Numbered from the stretch's first letter, positions 49,867-61,054 are shown. The stretch is DNA of 64,000 nt from an uncultured Chloroflexia bacterium (GCA_963724295.1 CAVRUC010000013.1:534039-598038); one strand, 5' to 3'. A program made the numbers and translations. The notes: generated by a model not told the origin, from the sequence alone.

Positions 49867-51099
49867 GTGCACTCGCTGACCGCGACCATCGATCGCCTCT
49901 TTCGCCGTGATCCCGCCTTCTTGGCTGACCCCTATCCGGTCTACCACGACCTGCGGCGGGTCGCGTCCGTCTTACGGGTCGACGGAGCGGCGGCTGACCC
50001 GCCTTGGCTCAATGCTTGGCACGTCTTCGCCTACGAGGCGGTGGCGAGTTGCCTTCGTGACGAGCGCGTCTCATCTCAGCGCCACATGGCCATGATGCCC
50101 CTTGAGCATTTCGGCATCGATCCCACCACGCCAGCCGCGCGCTTCTTCTGGACCATCCAGGCGCAAACGATGCTCACCATGGATGGCTCCGACCACACCC
50201 GGTTGCGCCGTCTCGTTCTCAAGGCGTTTACGCCCCGCGTCGTGGAACGCATGCGCGACGACATCCAGGCCGTCATCGACGCGCTGCTCGATTCGGCCGC
50301 GCTGGAGAGCGGCGAGCGGTTCGATCTGATGTCGGATCTCGCCGCGCCCTTGCCAGCCATGGTCATCGCCCAATTGCTCGGCATTCCCTCGGAGGACTGG
50401 GCAAGCTTCAAGCGTTGGTCGGATGGCATCATCGGCTTCACCATCACGCAAGAGAAGCTCGATAACTTCTACGCCTTGGGAGAGTACCTGCGTAGCCGCA
50501 TCGCTGAGCGCCGCAATCAGCCCCGAGACGACCTCATTTCCGGCTTGACCACCGCCCGGGATCAGGACGACGCGCTCTCCGAAGACGAACTGGTCGCCCA
50601 ATGCATCGTCCTGCTCGTCGGTGGCCACGAAACCACGACACACGCCCTGGGCAATGCCGTCTACCGCCTGCTCGCCGCGCCCCCGTTGTGGGAAAGCCTG
50701 GCATCCCTCCCGATCGAACCCGTCGTCGAAGAGCTCCTGCGCTTCGACAGCCCGTTCCAGGCGCTCTCCCGACGGGCCCGGACCGATTTCGTTCTCGGTG
50801 AGCAGGCAATCACCGCCGGCGACACAATTTGGCTCTGGATTGCCGCCGCAAATCGCGATCCAGCTCAGTTCCCGCGGCCCGATGACATCGACATGAGGCG
50901 TGAGGACAACCGGCACCTCAGCTTCGGCATGGGACCGCATTACTGCCTCGGCGCGGCCCTCGCCCGACTCGAGCTCCAACTCGCGCTCGCGACGCTGCGC
51001 CGCCGCTATCCCAGATTGCAGCTCGCCTCGGCAAACGTGGAGTGGAGGCGCGACGGAGCGATCCGGGGACCACAATCGTTGCTAGCGACTACGGGCTGA
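49867..51099 (+). CDS. Cytochrome P450
   Basis: GGHETT, EELLR, ANRDP, FGMGPHYCLG. Confidence 0.93.
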   Translation: MHSLTATIDRLFRRDPAFLADPYPVYHDLRRVASVLRVDGAAADPPWLNAWHVFAYEAVASCLRDERVSSQRHMAMMPLEHFGIDPTTPAARFFWTIQAQTMLTMDGSDHTRLRRLVLKAFTPRVVERMRDDIQAVIDALLDSAALESGERFDLMSDLAAPLPAMVIAQLLGIPSEDWASFKRWSDGIIGFTITQEKLDNFYALGEYLRSRIAERRNQPRDDLISGLTTARDQDDALSEDELVAQCIVLLVGGHETTTHALGNAVYRLLAAPPLWESLASLPIEPVVEELLRFDSPFQALSRRARTDFVLGEQAITAGDTIWLWIAAANRDPAQFPRPDDIDMRREDNRHLSFGMGPHYCLGAALARLELQLALATLRRRYPRLQLASANVEWRRDGAIRGPQSLLATTG

Positions 51100-51156
51100 T
51101 CCCCACGTCTCCCTCCCATCCGTGACCGCTCACCTGCCCACGAACCGCTCGACTGC

Positions 51157-52362
51157 CTAGAGGTCCGCCGCCGCCTCGGCCATCGGGGTCGTCCCCGCGT
51201 GCGGCCCGGCCTCAGCCCGCCGGGCCTGCTCGGCCAGCAGCGCAACCACTACCCCGAGCAGTGCCACCACCGCCAGCCCTGCTTGCAACCCGCCGAACGC
51301 CTCCGAGACCAGCCCGATCGCCGGTGGCCCGACCAGGAACCCGGTGTAGCCAGCGGTGGCCACCGCGGCGATCGCTGTGCCGGTTGGTACTCCCGGCGTG
51401 CGCCCGGCCGCCGAGAGGAGGACGGGAAAGGCTGCCGCCAGTCCCGCCCCGACGCAGGCGAAGCCGATCAGCGCAGCTGGCACCGTCCCGACCAGGAGTG
51501 CCACCCCCACCCCCAGTGCCACGAGCGTCCCGCCGCCCCGGATCACCCGGACTGGTCCCAGTCGCTGCACCAGCCCGTCGCCGGCAAAGCGGCCGGCAGC
51601 CATCGTCAGCGAGAAGGCGGTGTAGCCCCAGCCCCCTACCGCGGCGGTTGCCCCCAGCACGTCACGCAGGTAAACGGCGCCCCAGTCCGCCACCGCCCCC
51701 TCGGCCAGCAGGACCCCGAAGGCGAGGGCGCCCACACCAGCCAGCGGGCCGACAGGCAGAGCAAATGCCGGGCCTTCATCGTCGCCCTCGGCCGCGACAA
51801 GCACGAGGGACCGGGCGGCCGCCAGCGCCAGCACCGCCAGCGCAACTCCCGTGCAAAGCAGATGGGGGGCGGGAGGGATACCGCGGCCGGCGACCAGGCC
51901 GGCGACGAAGGAGCCGACCAGCGTCCCAGTGGAGAACATCCCATGGAATGACGACATGATCGGGCCACCCCATCGCTCCTCAACCGCCACCGCCTGGGCG
52001 TTCATCGCCACGTCTAGTGCGCCGTAGGCCGCGCCGAAGACGAAGAGCGCGGCGAACAGCAGTGGCGCCGAGGGCGCCAGCGCAGGCAGGACCAGAGTGG
52101 CACATGCCAGGAGGGCAGTCGCAACTGTGACCCGCCGGCTGCCGAAGCGGGCAATAGTCCAACCGGAGCCGGTCATCGCCACGACGGAGCCGGCCGCCGT
52201 GCCGAGCAGGACCAGCCCCAACGTCGCGTCGTCCAGCCGCAGCTCCGCCTTGACGTCGGGAATGCGCACTGCCCAGGTACTGAACGAGACCCCTGCCAGG
52301 ACGAAGTACGCGACGACGGCAGCGCGGGCACCGCCGACCTCTCCCCGGAACCACGGAACCAT
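51157..52362 (-). CDS. MFS transporter
   Basis: ~12 TM; DVAMNAQ, MSSFHG, EGAVADW. Confidence 0.9.
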   Translation of the reverse strand: MVPWFRGEVGGARAAVVAYFVLAGVSFSTWAVRIPDVKAELRLDDATLGLVLLGTAAGSVVAMTGSGWTIARFGSRRVTVATALLACATLVLPALAPSAPLLFAALFVFGAAYGALDVAMNAQAVAVEERWGGPIMSSFHGMFSTGTLVGSFVAGLVAGRGIPPAPHLLCTGVALAVLALAAARSLVLVAAEGDDEGPAFALPVGPLAGVGALAFGVLLAEGAVADWGAVYLRDVLGATAAVGGWGYTAFSLTMAAGRFAGDGLVQRLGPVRVIRGGGTLVALGVGVALLVGTVPAALIGFACVGAGLAAAFPVLLSAAGRTPGVPTGTAIAAVATAGYTGFLVGPPAIGLVSEAFGGLQAGLAVVALLGVVVALLAEQARRAEAGPHAGTTPMAEAAADL

Positions 52363-52859
52363 GCGTGCCCTTCCCCACTGCCGCCCGGGCGGGCCGGACC
52401 ACCTGTATCGGAGTGTGCAAGGATCGGGCCGCGGATCGACCCGATGAGAGAACCTGCACGGGGCTTTCGGCTCCCATAACGCCTATTATCGAGTCCACTA
52501 CTTACGACTACGCGGGAGAACGCTTCTCGGCCTCGCTAGCGTCGAGTTCCACGAGGTCGTCGAGTCTGGATCAGCCGAAGGGGCACCCGCCGACCACATG
52601 CTGGACACGCCTCAGCGCGTGACGGCTGGTCATCTCCGATAAAGACCCGGGATGTCAAGCTGAGACACGTCTCGAACGGAAGGTGTGCCGGCCATGCGCG
52701 GAGCCGGGAGATCCTCGTTGTCTCAGAAACGAGAAACTGATCACTCTGCTGCAAGCACGCTGGCGCTCCCGGCGCAGGAAACCAGGCTTGCGCGGCCGCA
52801 CCGATGGAAAAGGGGTTCAGGTCCCTGAGCAATAGCCGAGACGATGGTTCTGGGCGTGT

Positions 52860-53009
52860 TCAGGACTCGGCGTTCAGCCCGGCGTAACGCGTCGCTTCAT
52901 CCCAGTTGATGTTGAGTCCGCGGGCGACGTGAGGCAGCAGCTCGGTCAGCTCCATGGCGTACCAGGCGCCGCTGCCGCCGCGCGCCTGCTCGAAGGCGTG
53001 GGCGCACCA
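52860..53009 (-). repeat. Orphan gene 3'-end fragment, copy 2 (WCAHAFEQARGGSGAWYAMELTELLPHVARGLNINWDEATRYAGLNAES*); att-like scar
   Basis: Homologous to 48402-48515; AT-rich sequence begins abruptly at 53010. Confidence 0.8.
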
Positions 53010-53391
53010 TTTGTGGGTGTATAAGTAAACAAAATCCTCCGATTGCAGTGTTGAATTTCGACTCGGAATTACGTGAACTTGAGTCGTAGTGGCACAGTCC
53101 TCAGTTGCGATTTGGCCCCAGTACTATCAGTCCGCCTGACTAGGAATATCTCTCATGGCAGTGCCAACAATCGGTGCCCTTTGGTCCTCCGATGGTCGGA
53201 TCGAGAGAATGCAATGGAGGGGTTCCCAGCCGATTGAGCACCTTCACCGTCAACGGTCGACAACGTCAAGAAGTCGTGCAGACAATCTTATTGTGCTGCG
53301 ATGTACCGACTAGGACGCTGTGGGTTACTCTGCTGAGGTCATGACCCAAAGCACCACCGGCGATCACGACCGCATCGACCACCACTTGCAC

Positions 53392-53750
53392 TTATCGCAG
53401 CACCTCCAGAGGTTGCTGAGCTGCCACGCCACGAAGGCCCACAAGAATGCGATCCGCAACCGCCAGGACTCCGGCCAGTTCGCCGCCGCGCTCGTAGGCA
53501 AACGGCATCAGGGAGTTGGTCAGCATCGCCAGGAGCCCGCCCGCCGCCAGCGCCGCAGCGCGATCGCCGTTCGCGTCCGGGAAGGCAGTGGCACCCAACC
53601 ACCCCAGCGCAGCCGCGACTCCGCAACTGGCAACGACCGCTAGCCAGAGCCGCGCGGTGCGTCCGGCGCTCCAGCCAACCTTGGCCAGATCCGCCGAGGG
53701 CGCGATCGCCTGCGGCACGTTGGAGACGAGCACGGCGACGAGAAATCGCT
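53392..53750 (-). pseudogene. 3' fragment of a ZIP-family metal transporter
   Basis: FLVAVLVSNVPQA...LAAGGLLAMLTNSLMP; N-terminal half absent. Confidence 0.6.
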
Positions 53751-53807
53751 TTTCGTGTTTGGAATGTTCCCGGTTGGCGGACGTGCATCGACCATACCAG
53801 GTGCTCA

Positions 53808-54848
53808 TCACAACTTTAGCGATAGTTGCCGTTCCGGTGTGATCAGCATTCGCTCGACGCGGGCAATCGGTTCGACATAGGCTCGCCGGCTAGATTCGAA
53901 CTGGGTCCACGCTCCTTCCAGGTCCTCAATTACGGGTTCTCCTCCCGAAGCGAGCCTGTCGCACAGTGCCTCGAAATCGTCGCGGCTCACGTGAATGGCC
54001 ATTTGCTGGGGCTTGAACGAAAGAACGTGGTGGTCGAAATGTGACGCCACGTGACTCATGATCAGCGTGCCGGATTCGAGGCAGTGGGCTGCCTGCATAT
54101 CGGGCGAGCGTAGCGTGATGGTGTTGCGCAGGTTTGCCGCGTCCAGCACGGTCAGCGTGTCGATTGTCCAGTGGGATGCCATATTCGCTGAAAAGAAGAG
54201 GAGGTAGCCCTCCACGGTGCGGTAAGTCTTATCAAGTTCATCGAAATTGGCGGCCCAGCTCGCCCAGACATTCGAGAGTGATGCGAGACCCTGGCCCGCA
54301 GCTGCGATTTCCAAGAGCTGGATACCATTCGTGGCCCGGCCAATGCCGGCGTTCAACATCCGGACGCTGGCCCGTTGTTGATTGATCGTGCTGTGCATGC
54401 CGGCAATGTAGGAAATGAGCAGCGCCACAAACACCGGACCGGTGAACGCCTCGATGCCGGCAATCGTCGTTTGCAATCGGGAGCCCGGAAGGCCGCCAAT
54501 TCCCAGAACGGAAATCGAAGAAATGCTGTTCACGTATGACCGTGACAGCGAGTCCTCTGACACCCCATAAAAGAGAAAGGTATACCCAATCGCAGTGAGG
54601 ATGAGTGAACAGGCCACGATCGCCAGTAGGCTGAAGGGGATGTAAAGCGTCCGCAGCGCACTTCGTCGCCAGTTGCTCTGCATGATGCGGGTGAGGCCAT
54701 GCAGCACGTTGCGTGAAGCCCGGAACACGATTCGGGTGAGCCATGGCGGATCCGTATCTGGCGCCATGAGCGTCACTGCTGCCCAAAAGAACGCTGCTAA
54801 GACTGTAAAGATACCGATGAGTGCCGACAGGACTCGAATGGAGGTCAC
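53808..54848 (-). CDS. Membrane protein with an ion-channel-like TM/pore region (start uncertain)
   Basis: TM-SISVLGIG-TM (IEAFTG...LISY) followed by a soluble domain. Confidence 0.55.
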   Translation of the reverse strand: MTSIRVLSALIGIFTVLAAFFWAAVTLMAPDTDPPWLTRIVFRASRNVLHGLTRIMQSNWRRSALRTLYIPFSLLAIVACSLILTAIGYTFLFYGVSEDSLSRSYVNSISSISVLGIGGLPGSRLQTTIAGIEAFTGPVFVALLISYIAGMHSTINQQRASVRMLNAGIGRATNGIQLLEIAAAGQGLASLSNVWASWAANFDELDKTYRTVEGYLLFFSANMASHWTIDTLTVLDAANLRNTITLRSPDMQAAHCLESGTLIMSHVASHFDHHVLSFKPQQMAIHVSRDDFEALCDRLASGGEPVIEDLEGAWTQFESSRRAYVEPIARVERMLITPERQLSLKL

Positions 54849-54895
54849 TGCGTGCGGCTGCAAGGATAGCCGCCTGGAAATTGATGCATTCGTGC

Positions 54896-55849
54896 TTAGC
54901 CCTTTCGCATGTTTGGCGCCGGCGCGCCAATCAGCGCCTCCCGGGCCGCATTCCACGCAGTGGTGCGGGCACGATCGACGTAGTAGGCAGATGAGCCCAG
55001 GATACGGACCGAGATTCCAGCCCTGTTCGGCAGTTCGCTGACTCCATTGACAGTTTGGGCATCCTCCTCCAGGGCGGCGCGCACGGTCATTGCCAGCTCC
55101 GCCGCCGGCCGACCACGAGAGAAAACGTAAAGCACCCCCAGCGCGCCGAATTCTCCCAGTATTGCAGGGCTCCTGGGCGAGAACCGTTGCGGTTCGAGCT
55201 TGATCATGTCGGCGACGAGGAGATTTCCGTCACTGTCGGTCGCCTCGAGCTGCGAGACGAAGAGCGAGTACTCATGGTGCTCGCCGTAGGCAGTGCGCCC
55301 CGGCGCCAGCACATCCCCGAGAATGACGGTTGCCGTCGGATCGATTCGCAGGGCGATGTGCTGGAAGAATCGAGAATCCCGATATGGGATAGTCATATCG
55401 GGCATCAGCTCAAGGAAGCTACTGGCTTCCGCCGAGATATCGAAAATCTGGGTCACGTAGTTTGCTTCGCACTTATAGAGCTTGCCAGCCGACTGCGTGG
55501 TGATGTGGGCGCTGGCGTCCGGCCCGCAGTGGATGTCGATCCGGTACCGGTCTCCTTGCAACATGCCGCCGCCGTTCTGCAAAAGCACGATGAAGGGCAT
55601 ATCCGGTCGGTTCGGATCGAGATAGATCGGCTGGAACATTTGCAGGGGCGAACGGTAGTAGTGGTGCACCATGCGGGTTCGATCCCCCCGGCGCTCGAAA
55701 CCCAGCTCCATGAGACCAAGCTTGCCCGGACGCCCTGCGCCAAGCAACTCAACGAGCGTGTCGTATTGGGTAAATTCCCGCGGGAGCGGAACCGGCAGTA
55801 CGTGTGCCGGATCGTCCCGTGACACTGTTTGCATCGGCTCGATCACCAA
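54896..55849 (-). CDS. ureD: Urease accessory protein UreD
   Basis: GGGMLQGD, TTQSAGKLY, GRTAYGE. Confidence 0.9.
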   Translation of the reverse strand: MVIEPMQTVSRDDPAHVLPVPLPREFTQYDTLVELLGAGRPGKLGLMELGFERRGDRTRMVHHYYRSPLQMFQPIYLDPNRPDMPFIVLLQNGGGMLQGDRYRIDIHCGPDASAHITTQSAGKLYKCEANYVTQIFDISAEASSFLELMPDMTIPYRDSRFFQHIALRIDPTATVILGDVLAPGRTAYGEHHEYSLFVSQLEATDSDGNLLVADMIKLEPQRFSPRSPAILGEFGALGVLYVFSRGRPAAELAMTVRAALEEDAQTVNGVSELPNRAGISVRILGSSAYYVDRARTTAWNAAREALIGAPAPNMRKG

Positions 55850-55879
55850 ATATTCCGATCTCCCGAATCTATTCGTGCG

Positions 55880-56593
55880 TCAATGCGCGTGCGCGTGTTC
55901 GTGATCGTGCCTGTGATCGTGGGAAGGGAGCGCATCCAGGAGTTGCCGGACCTCGTCGGATCTGCCGGACTTACTGGTAGCGGCAATGAAGTCGATGACC
56001 TGATCAAGCCCTTCGCCGGTCAGGCTGTTGGTCATCACCCAGGGAGCGCCATCCGGGCGCGCGTCATTGGCGCCCTGGCGCATGACATCGAGATTCACGC
56101 GCACATAGGGGGCGAGATCGACCTTGTTGATCACCAGTAGGTCGGAGTGGGTGATGCCAGGACCTTTCTTGCGCGGGATGTCGTCACCTTCGGCCACGTC
56201 GATCACGAAGATGTAGGCGTCGACCAGGGTGGGACTAAAGGTGAGGGTCAGGTTATCGCCACCGCTCTCGAGGAAAACGAGGTCGGCGTCGGGAAATCTG
56301 GCCAGCATCTCATCCATGGCGGCAATATTCGCGGTCGGGTCATCACGCACGGCGGTGTGGGGACACGAACCTGTTTCGACGCCCATGACCCGATCGGCCG
56401 ATAGGATCCCCTCCAGGGCAGCACGCACATGCTCGGCGTCGAGCTGGGTGTAAATGTCGTTGGTGACGACCACCGGGCTGAAACCGCGTTCGATCGCCAT
56501 AGGCACAAGTGCCTCGATGAGGGCGGTTTTGCCCGAACCGACCGGGCCGCCGACGCCTACCTTGAAAATTGCGCGCGCTTCATGTGTTGTCAT
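55880..56593 (-). CDS. ureG: Urease accessory GTPase UreG with a His-rich C-terminus
   Basis: [23 protein letters not shown]. Confidence 0.95.
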   Translation of the reverse strand: MTTHEARAIFKVGVGGPVGSGKTALIEALVPMAIERGFSPVVVTNDIYTQLDAEHVRAALEGILSADRVMGVETGSCPHTAVRDDPTANIAAMDEMLARFPDADLVFLESGGDNLTLTFSPTLVDAYIFVIDVAEGDDIPRKKGPGITHSDLLVINKVDLAPYVRVNLDVMRQGANDARPDGAPWVMTNSLTGEGLDQVIDFIAATSKSGRSDEVRQLLDALPSHDHRHDHEHAHAH

Positions 56594-56629
56594 GACTCGA
56601 GATCCTTTTGTACGCGAGCCTCCATTCGA

Positions 56630-57379
56630 TCAGGAGGAAAAGAGCCGTAGCTCGGCCACCTCATGCCGCATCGACATGAGCTCGACGAAGGGCGCTGAAC
56701 CGCCCATTTCCGCGACCGAACGCGACAGGGCGTCGTCGGTCGCGGCTTCGATCACGGGATGCAGCAACAGCAAGATGCGTTGCGCATTGCGGTGATCGAT
56801 TTCGGACATGCGCACGGCCGCGCCAACGCAGCTCGCGGCAAAGGAATAGAGCTCGCCCGCGACCGCCTCACGCGGCCGAATTCCGAGTTCGGCTTTCAGC
56901 AACGCCAGCGCGATCGCCTGATTGCCCGGCGCCTCCCGTTCGTTGACCAGGAGCAAATACCGTTCGGCGAGTTCGCAGGTGAAGACCTCGCGTGCCAATC
57001 CCAGAAGCTGCCGGCCAAGCCGGGTCGAAGTTTCACGTGGCTCGCGGGTGATCTTGACGGCCGTCAATCGGCGGTCGACCGCAGCTACCGTCGGTAGATC
57101 GTCCTGACTTGCGGCTCGAAGGGCCAGCGCCATGGCGGTCGCATCCGACGGCCCCACGCTGGCGCGAACGAGATCAGCCACGATCCCGGCCAGCGACTGA
57201 GCAGAAAGCAGACCGGCTTGAGCAAACGATTCGATCCCATGCGAGAGGGTGAAGAGACCGCTTGGGAAGAAGGAATCGGAGAGCTGCAGGCTGGCCAGAA
57301 ATGGACCCAGATCGCTCCCTCCGCCGTCAGGTGTGAGGGCCGGCTGACCATTCCGTTGCTTGCGAATAACCAAAACCAC
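56630..57379 (-). CDS. ureF: Urease accessory protein UreF
   Basis: LQLSDSFFPSGLFTLSHGIE; HE..ELRLFSS. Confidence 0.92.
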   Translation of the reverse strand: MVLVIRKQRNGQPALTPDGGGSDLGPFLASLQLSDSFFPSGLFTLSHGIESFAQAGLLSAQSLAGIVADLVRASVGPSDATAMALALRAASQDDLPTVAAVDRRLTAVKITREPRETSTRLGRQLLGLAREVFTCELAERYLLLVNEREAPGNQAIALALLKAELGIRPREAVAGELYSFAASCVGAAVRMSEIDHRNAQRILLLLHPVIEAATDDALSRSVAEMGGSAPFVELMSMRHEVAELRLFSS

Positions 57380-57438
57380 ATCGTGCTCCTGGACGCCGGA
57401 CCGGGAGAGAAGAGTCTGCCCGGACCGGCGTACACCAC

Positions 57439-59159
57439 CTAGACCAGGTAGTAGAGCTGCGTCAGCGGCAGCGATTGGGCTGGATCGATGTGCGCATGCA
57501 CCCCGTCGACCGTGACTTTGAACGTTTCCGGGTCGACCTCGATATCAGGTGTTTTGTCGTTGAACATCAGATCGTATTTGTTGACCGTTCGACAGCGCTT
57601 CACCCCCACCGCGCCGGACTGCAGGCCCAGTTTTTCCGGCACGCCCGCATCGATCGCGGCCTGGGACAAGAAGTTGACTCGACCAAGCGGATTTGCCAGG
57701 CCAAAAGCGCCGAACATCGGCCGGTAGTAAATCGGTTGGGGTGTCGGCAAGGAGGCATTCGGGTCGCCCATCTGCGCCCAGTTGACCATTCCGCCTTTGA
57801 CGACCAGCCGCGGTTTCGCTCCGAACGACCAGATCGGCCAGACGACGATATCTGCCATCTTGCCTACCTCGATCGAGCCAACCACATGCGAAATGCCGTG
57901 CGTGAGCGCCGGATTGATGGTGACCTTCGAGAGATAGCGGAGAATGCGGAAGTTGTCGTTGCCTTCCGCATCTTCCGGCAGCATTCCACGACGCTCCTTG
58001 CCAAGGTGCGCCATCTGGAACGCGCGGGTAAAGTTTTCGCCGCAACGCCCCATTGCTTGCGAGTCGGCCGAGATCATGCTGGAGCACACCCATGTCGTGC
58101 AGGACCGTTTCCGCGGAGATGGTTTCAGCGCGAACGCGGCTCTCGGCGAAAGAGACGTCTTCGGGAACTTTTGGGATTGAGGTGGTGGCAGACCATCACC
58201 ATATCGAGCAGCTCGGCGACCGAGTTGACCGTGTAGGGAAGGGTCGGGTTGGTCGACGAGGGAAGCGCCCAGGGCTGCCCCGCGATCTTGATGATGTCCG
58301 GTGCATGACCACCACCGGCGCCTTCGGTGTGATAGGTATGAATGGTGCGGCCGTCGATCGCGCTGATCGTGTCCTCGACGAACCCGGCTTCATTCAGAGA
58401 GTCCGTATGGATGCAGACCTGCACGTCGTATTCATCCGCGACACTCAAGGAGCAGTCGATGACGCCGGGCGTCGACCCGTGGTCCTCGTGGTCCTTGAGC
58501 CCGCAAGCCCCGGCCTGGATTTGCTCGATCAGCGTCTCTGGTTTCGAGCTGTTGCCTTTGGCGAGCAACCCGACGTTCACCGGGATGCCTTCGTAGGCGG
58601 CAAGCATGCGCTGAATGTTCCAGGGGCCGGGAGTGCAGGTGGTGCCGTTGGTGCCGTCGGTGGGGCCGGTGCCGCCTCCGATGTGCGAGGTGATCCCGTT
58701 GGAGAGGGCTGAATATGCCTGTTGCGGCGAGATCATGTGGATGTGGCTGTCGATGCCGCCAGCGGTCGCAATCTGGCCCTCACCGGAGATCACTTCCGTG
58801 TTCGCCGAGGTCACGAGGTCCGGGTGAACCCCGGCCATGATGTCCGGGTTGCCGGACTTGCCGATGCCAGCGATTTTCCCGTCGCGAATACCGATGTCGG
58901 CTTTGACGATGCCCTGCACCGGGTCAATGATGATGACATTGGTGATTACGAGGTCAAGCGCACCGGACGCATGGGTGGCGCCTGATTTGAGCCCCATGCC
59001 ATCGCGCGCGGACTTGCCGCCACCATGACGGTTCTCGTCGCCGTAAACGGTATAGTCCTTTTCGATTTCGGCGATCAGGTTCGTGTCGGCGAGCTGAAAC
59101 TTGTCGCCGGCCGTAGGACCGAAGAGGTCGGCGTACTGGCTGCGAGGAATCGAAACCAT
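57439..59159 (-). CDS. ureC: Urease alpha subunit; two +1 frameshifts (~58170, ~58080)
   Basis: [39 protein letters not shown]. Confidence 0.93.
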
Positions 59160-59616
59160 CAGTTACCTTCTTTCTTCGACGTGCCAGATGCCCTCTTGGC
59201 GGTTGCAGTTGCCTTGCTGGCCGCCGCCTCCATGTCGGACTCAGGAACAGATTTGAAATCGAGCGCAGCCGCCCTGTCGATGGCCTGCTTCACGTCCCAT
59301 TTGCCAGTGGTACTTCCCATGACGAGCATGTTGAAGCCCACCGCGCGCCGGTCGCCCGCGTATTCGACGAGCTCGACTACCCGTTCCTGCCCCGGCTCGA
59401 ACCGCACCGACGTGCCGGCCGGAATGTTGAGATGCATTCCAAGGGCTCTTGGCGGTCGAACTGAAGCGCCCGATTGGCCTCGAAGAAATGGAAGTGCGAT
59501 CCAACTTGTGAGGCGCGATCGCCGGTGTTCTCGACGGTCAGCGTGGTGGTGCGGCGGCCGGCGTTGATCTCGATATCCCCGTCGCCGAAAAAAATCTGCC
59601 CGGGTATGGTTGTCAT
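59159..59616 (-). CDS. ureB: Urease beta subunit; frameshift near 59440
   Basis: [32 protein letters not shown]. Confidence 0.92.
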
Positions 59617-59635
59617 GTCGTCCCTTCCAGCCTTT

Positions 59636-59938
59636 TCAGGCGATCGGTTGATGACAGGACACGAGCTTCGTGCCGTCCGGAAAGGTCGCCTCGATCTGGA
59701 TCAGAGACATCATCTCGGGCACGCCGTCCATCACTTGATCGCGTGTCAAGACTTTCGTACCGATCTCCATGCAGTCAGGGACGCTCTTTCCATCGCGAGC
59801 GCCTTCCAGAATTGCTTCGGAAACGAGTGCCACCGCTTCGGAATAGTTCAGCATCGTCCCCCGGGCCATGCGCTTTCTGGCCAGATCAGCAACCTGGTAG
59901 ATAATGAGTTTGTCGATTTCTCGAGGTGCAAGGTTCAC
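59636..59938 (-). CDS. ureA: Urease gamma subunit
   Basis: [28 protein letters not shown]. Confidence 0.95.
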   Translation of the reverse strand: MNLAPREIDKLIIYQVADLARKRMARGTMLNYSEAVALVSEAILEGARDGKSVPDCMEIGTKVLTRDQVMDGVPEMMSLIQIEATFPDGTKLVSCHQPIA

Positions 59939-59968
59939 GACGAATCTCCTTTCCTGTAGCCATCGAAC

Positions 59969-61054
59969 TCAGTTTTGGACAGGTGGGTCAGAATGCGGCT
60001 CTGACAGCCGCTCCCACCAGTGATAATCGCGGTAGAGATTGATGTTTCCTTCCGGTGTCGTCGCTTGGGACGGCGGCACAAGCTGGAGCCGCTTCAGTGA
60101 CGCGCCGGCCGCGATGAAGCCGTAGGTTGTCAGCACGAAAGGCGCGGTGTAGATGTGGCCGCCATACGGTGTCACCATTGTCGTCAGCGCAATCGACACG
60201 ATGACGGAGGCAATCACCGCCAGGGCCGCCAGGATCAACGAGTTCACGTCGAGCAAGTAGAAGAGTCCGCCGAGCGCTATCATGGTCAACACACCGTTGT
60301 ATCCCATGAGACCCAATGCCAGTGAGTTTTCGTCGACGCCCAGCACCCAGCCGGCCCCCAAACCGATAATGGAGCCGGCGAGTGCCATGAAGAAATCGAT
60401 GTGGCTCGAAGCCAGGATTCCGAGCAGGAAGATCACCCCGATCACGATGCTATTCTGGAAATAGACCTCGGAAACGCCCTTGAAGATCCCGGTGTAGACA
60501 TCTTCGAAGCCGAGGCTGGCGCGCCCCCCAGCCGCCAGCGTTGGGAGTGCAGGCGCCTGAGAATTGGCGCTTGGCTCGACCAGCGTGAAACCGTAGATGC
60601 CGAGCGCGAAAATCCAGATCGTCACTACGAACGGTCCAGTAAGGGCGGGCACCCCCCATTGGGCGAGAAGATTCCCGACTGCGGCGGCCACGATGCAGGA
60701 GGCAAAGCCACCAAAGATCACATAGACCGGCAGCAGGCTGTTGTCGTCAAGGTAGAAGTTGAGCGCGACGCCAACGAGGGCGGCGTTGTAACCAAAGAGA
60801 CCAGCGCTCACCGCTGAACGGGAAATGCCCAGCCAGTAGGCGGTCAACGTGCTAATGGCGACAGCGAGCAGCGCATAGCCACCCATCGCCCATCCGCCGA
60901 CGAAAAGTCCAATCAGGAAAAGAGCGCCAGAAATCGGACTGTTCTGGAAAAAGACCTGACCAAATCCGCGCAGCACGTCATCAACGAACCCGACGACAAA
61001 ATTCTTTCCCGAAATTTCCCTCCATTTGTGCATAGGGGATGCTGAAACGGCCAT
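59969..61054 (-). CDS. Urea transporter (UT/Yut family)
   Basis: Internal repeat GQVFFQ/SEVYFQ, GLFGYN/GLMGYN, LTGPF/YTAPF. Confidence 0.88.
   Translation of the reverse strand: MAVSASPMHKWREISGKNFVVGFVDDVLRGFGQVFFQNSPISGALFLIGLFVGGWAMGGYALLAVAISTLTAYWLGISRSAVSAGLFGYNAALVGVALNFYLDDNSLLPVYVIFGGFASCIVAAAVGNLLAQWGVPALTGPFVVTIWIFALGIYGFTLVEPSANSQAPALPTLAAGGRASLGFEDVYTGIFKGVSEVYFQNSIVIGVIFLLGILASSHIDFFMALAGSIIGLGAGWVLGVDENSLALGLMGYNGVLTMIALGGLFYLLDVNSLILAALAVIASVIVSIALTTMVTPYGGHIYTAPFVLTTYGFIAAGASLKRLQLVPPSQATTPEGNINLYRDYHWWERLSEPHSDPPVQN

Noticed and set aside
52790..53010. tRNA remnants (GGGGTTCAGGTCCC; GGGCGCACCA)
   Set aside because: No cloverleaf can be built, and the GCACCA lies in the coding-like fragment on the other strand.
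57439..59616. Programmed frameshifting or inactivated urease
   Set aside because: No slippery-site pattern, catalytic motifs are intact, and similar indels occur throughout the window.
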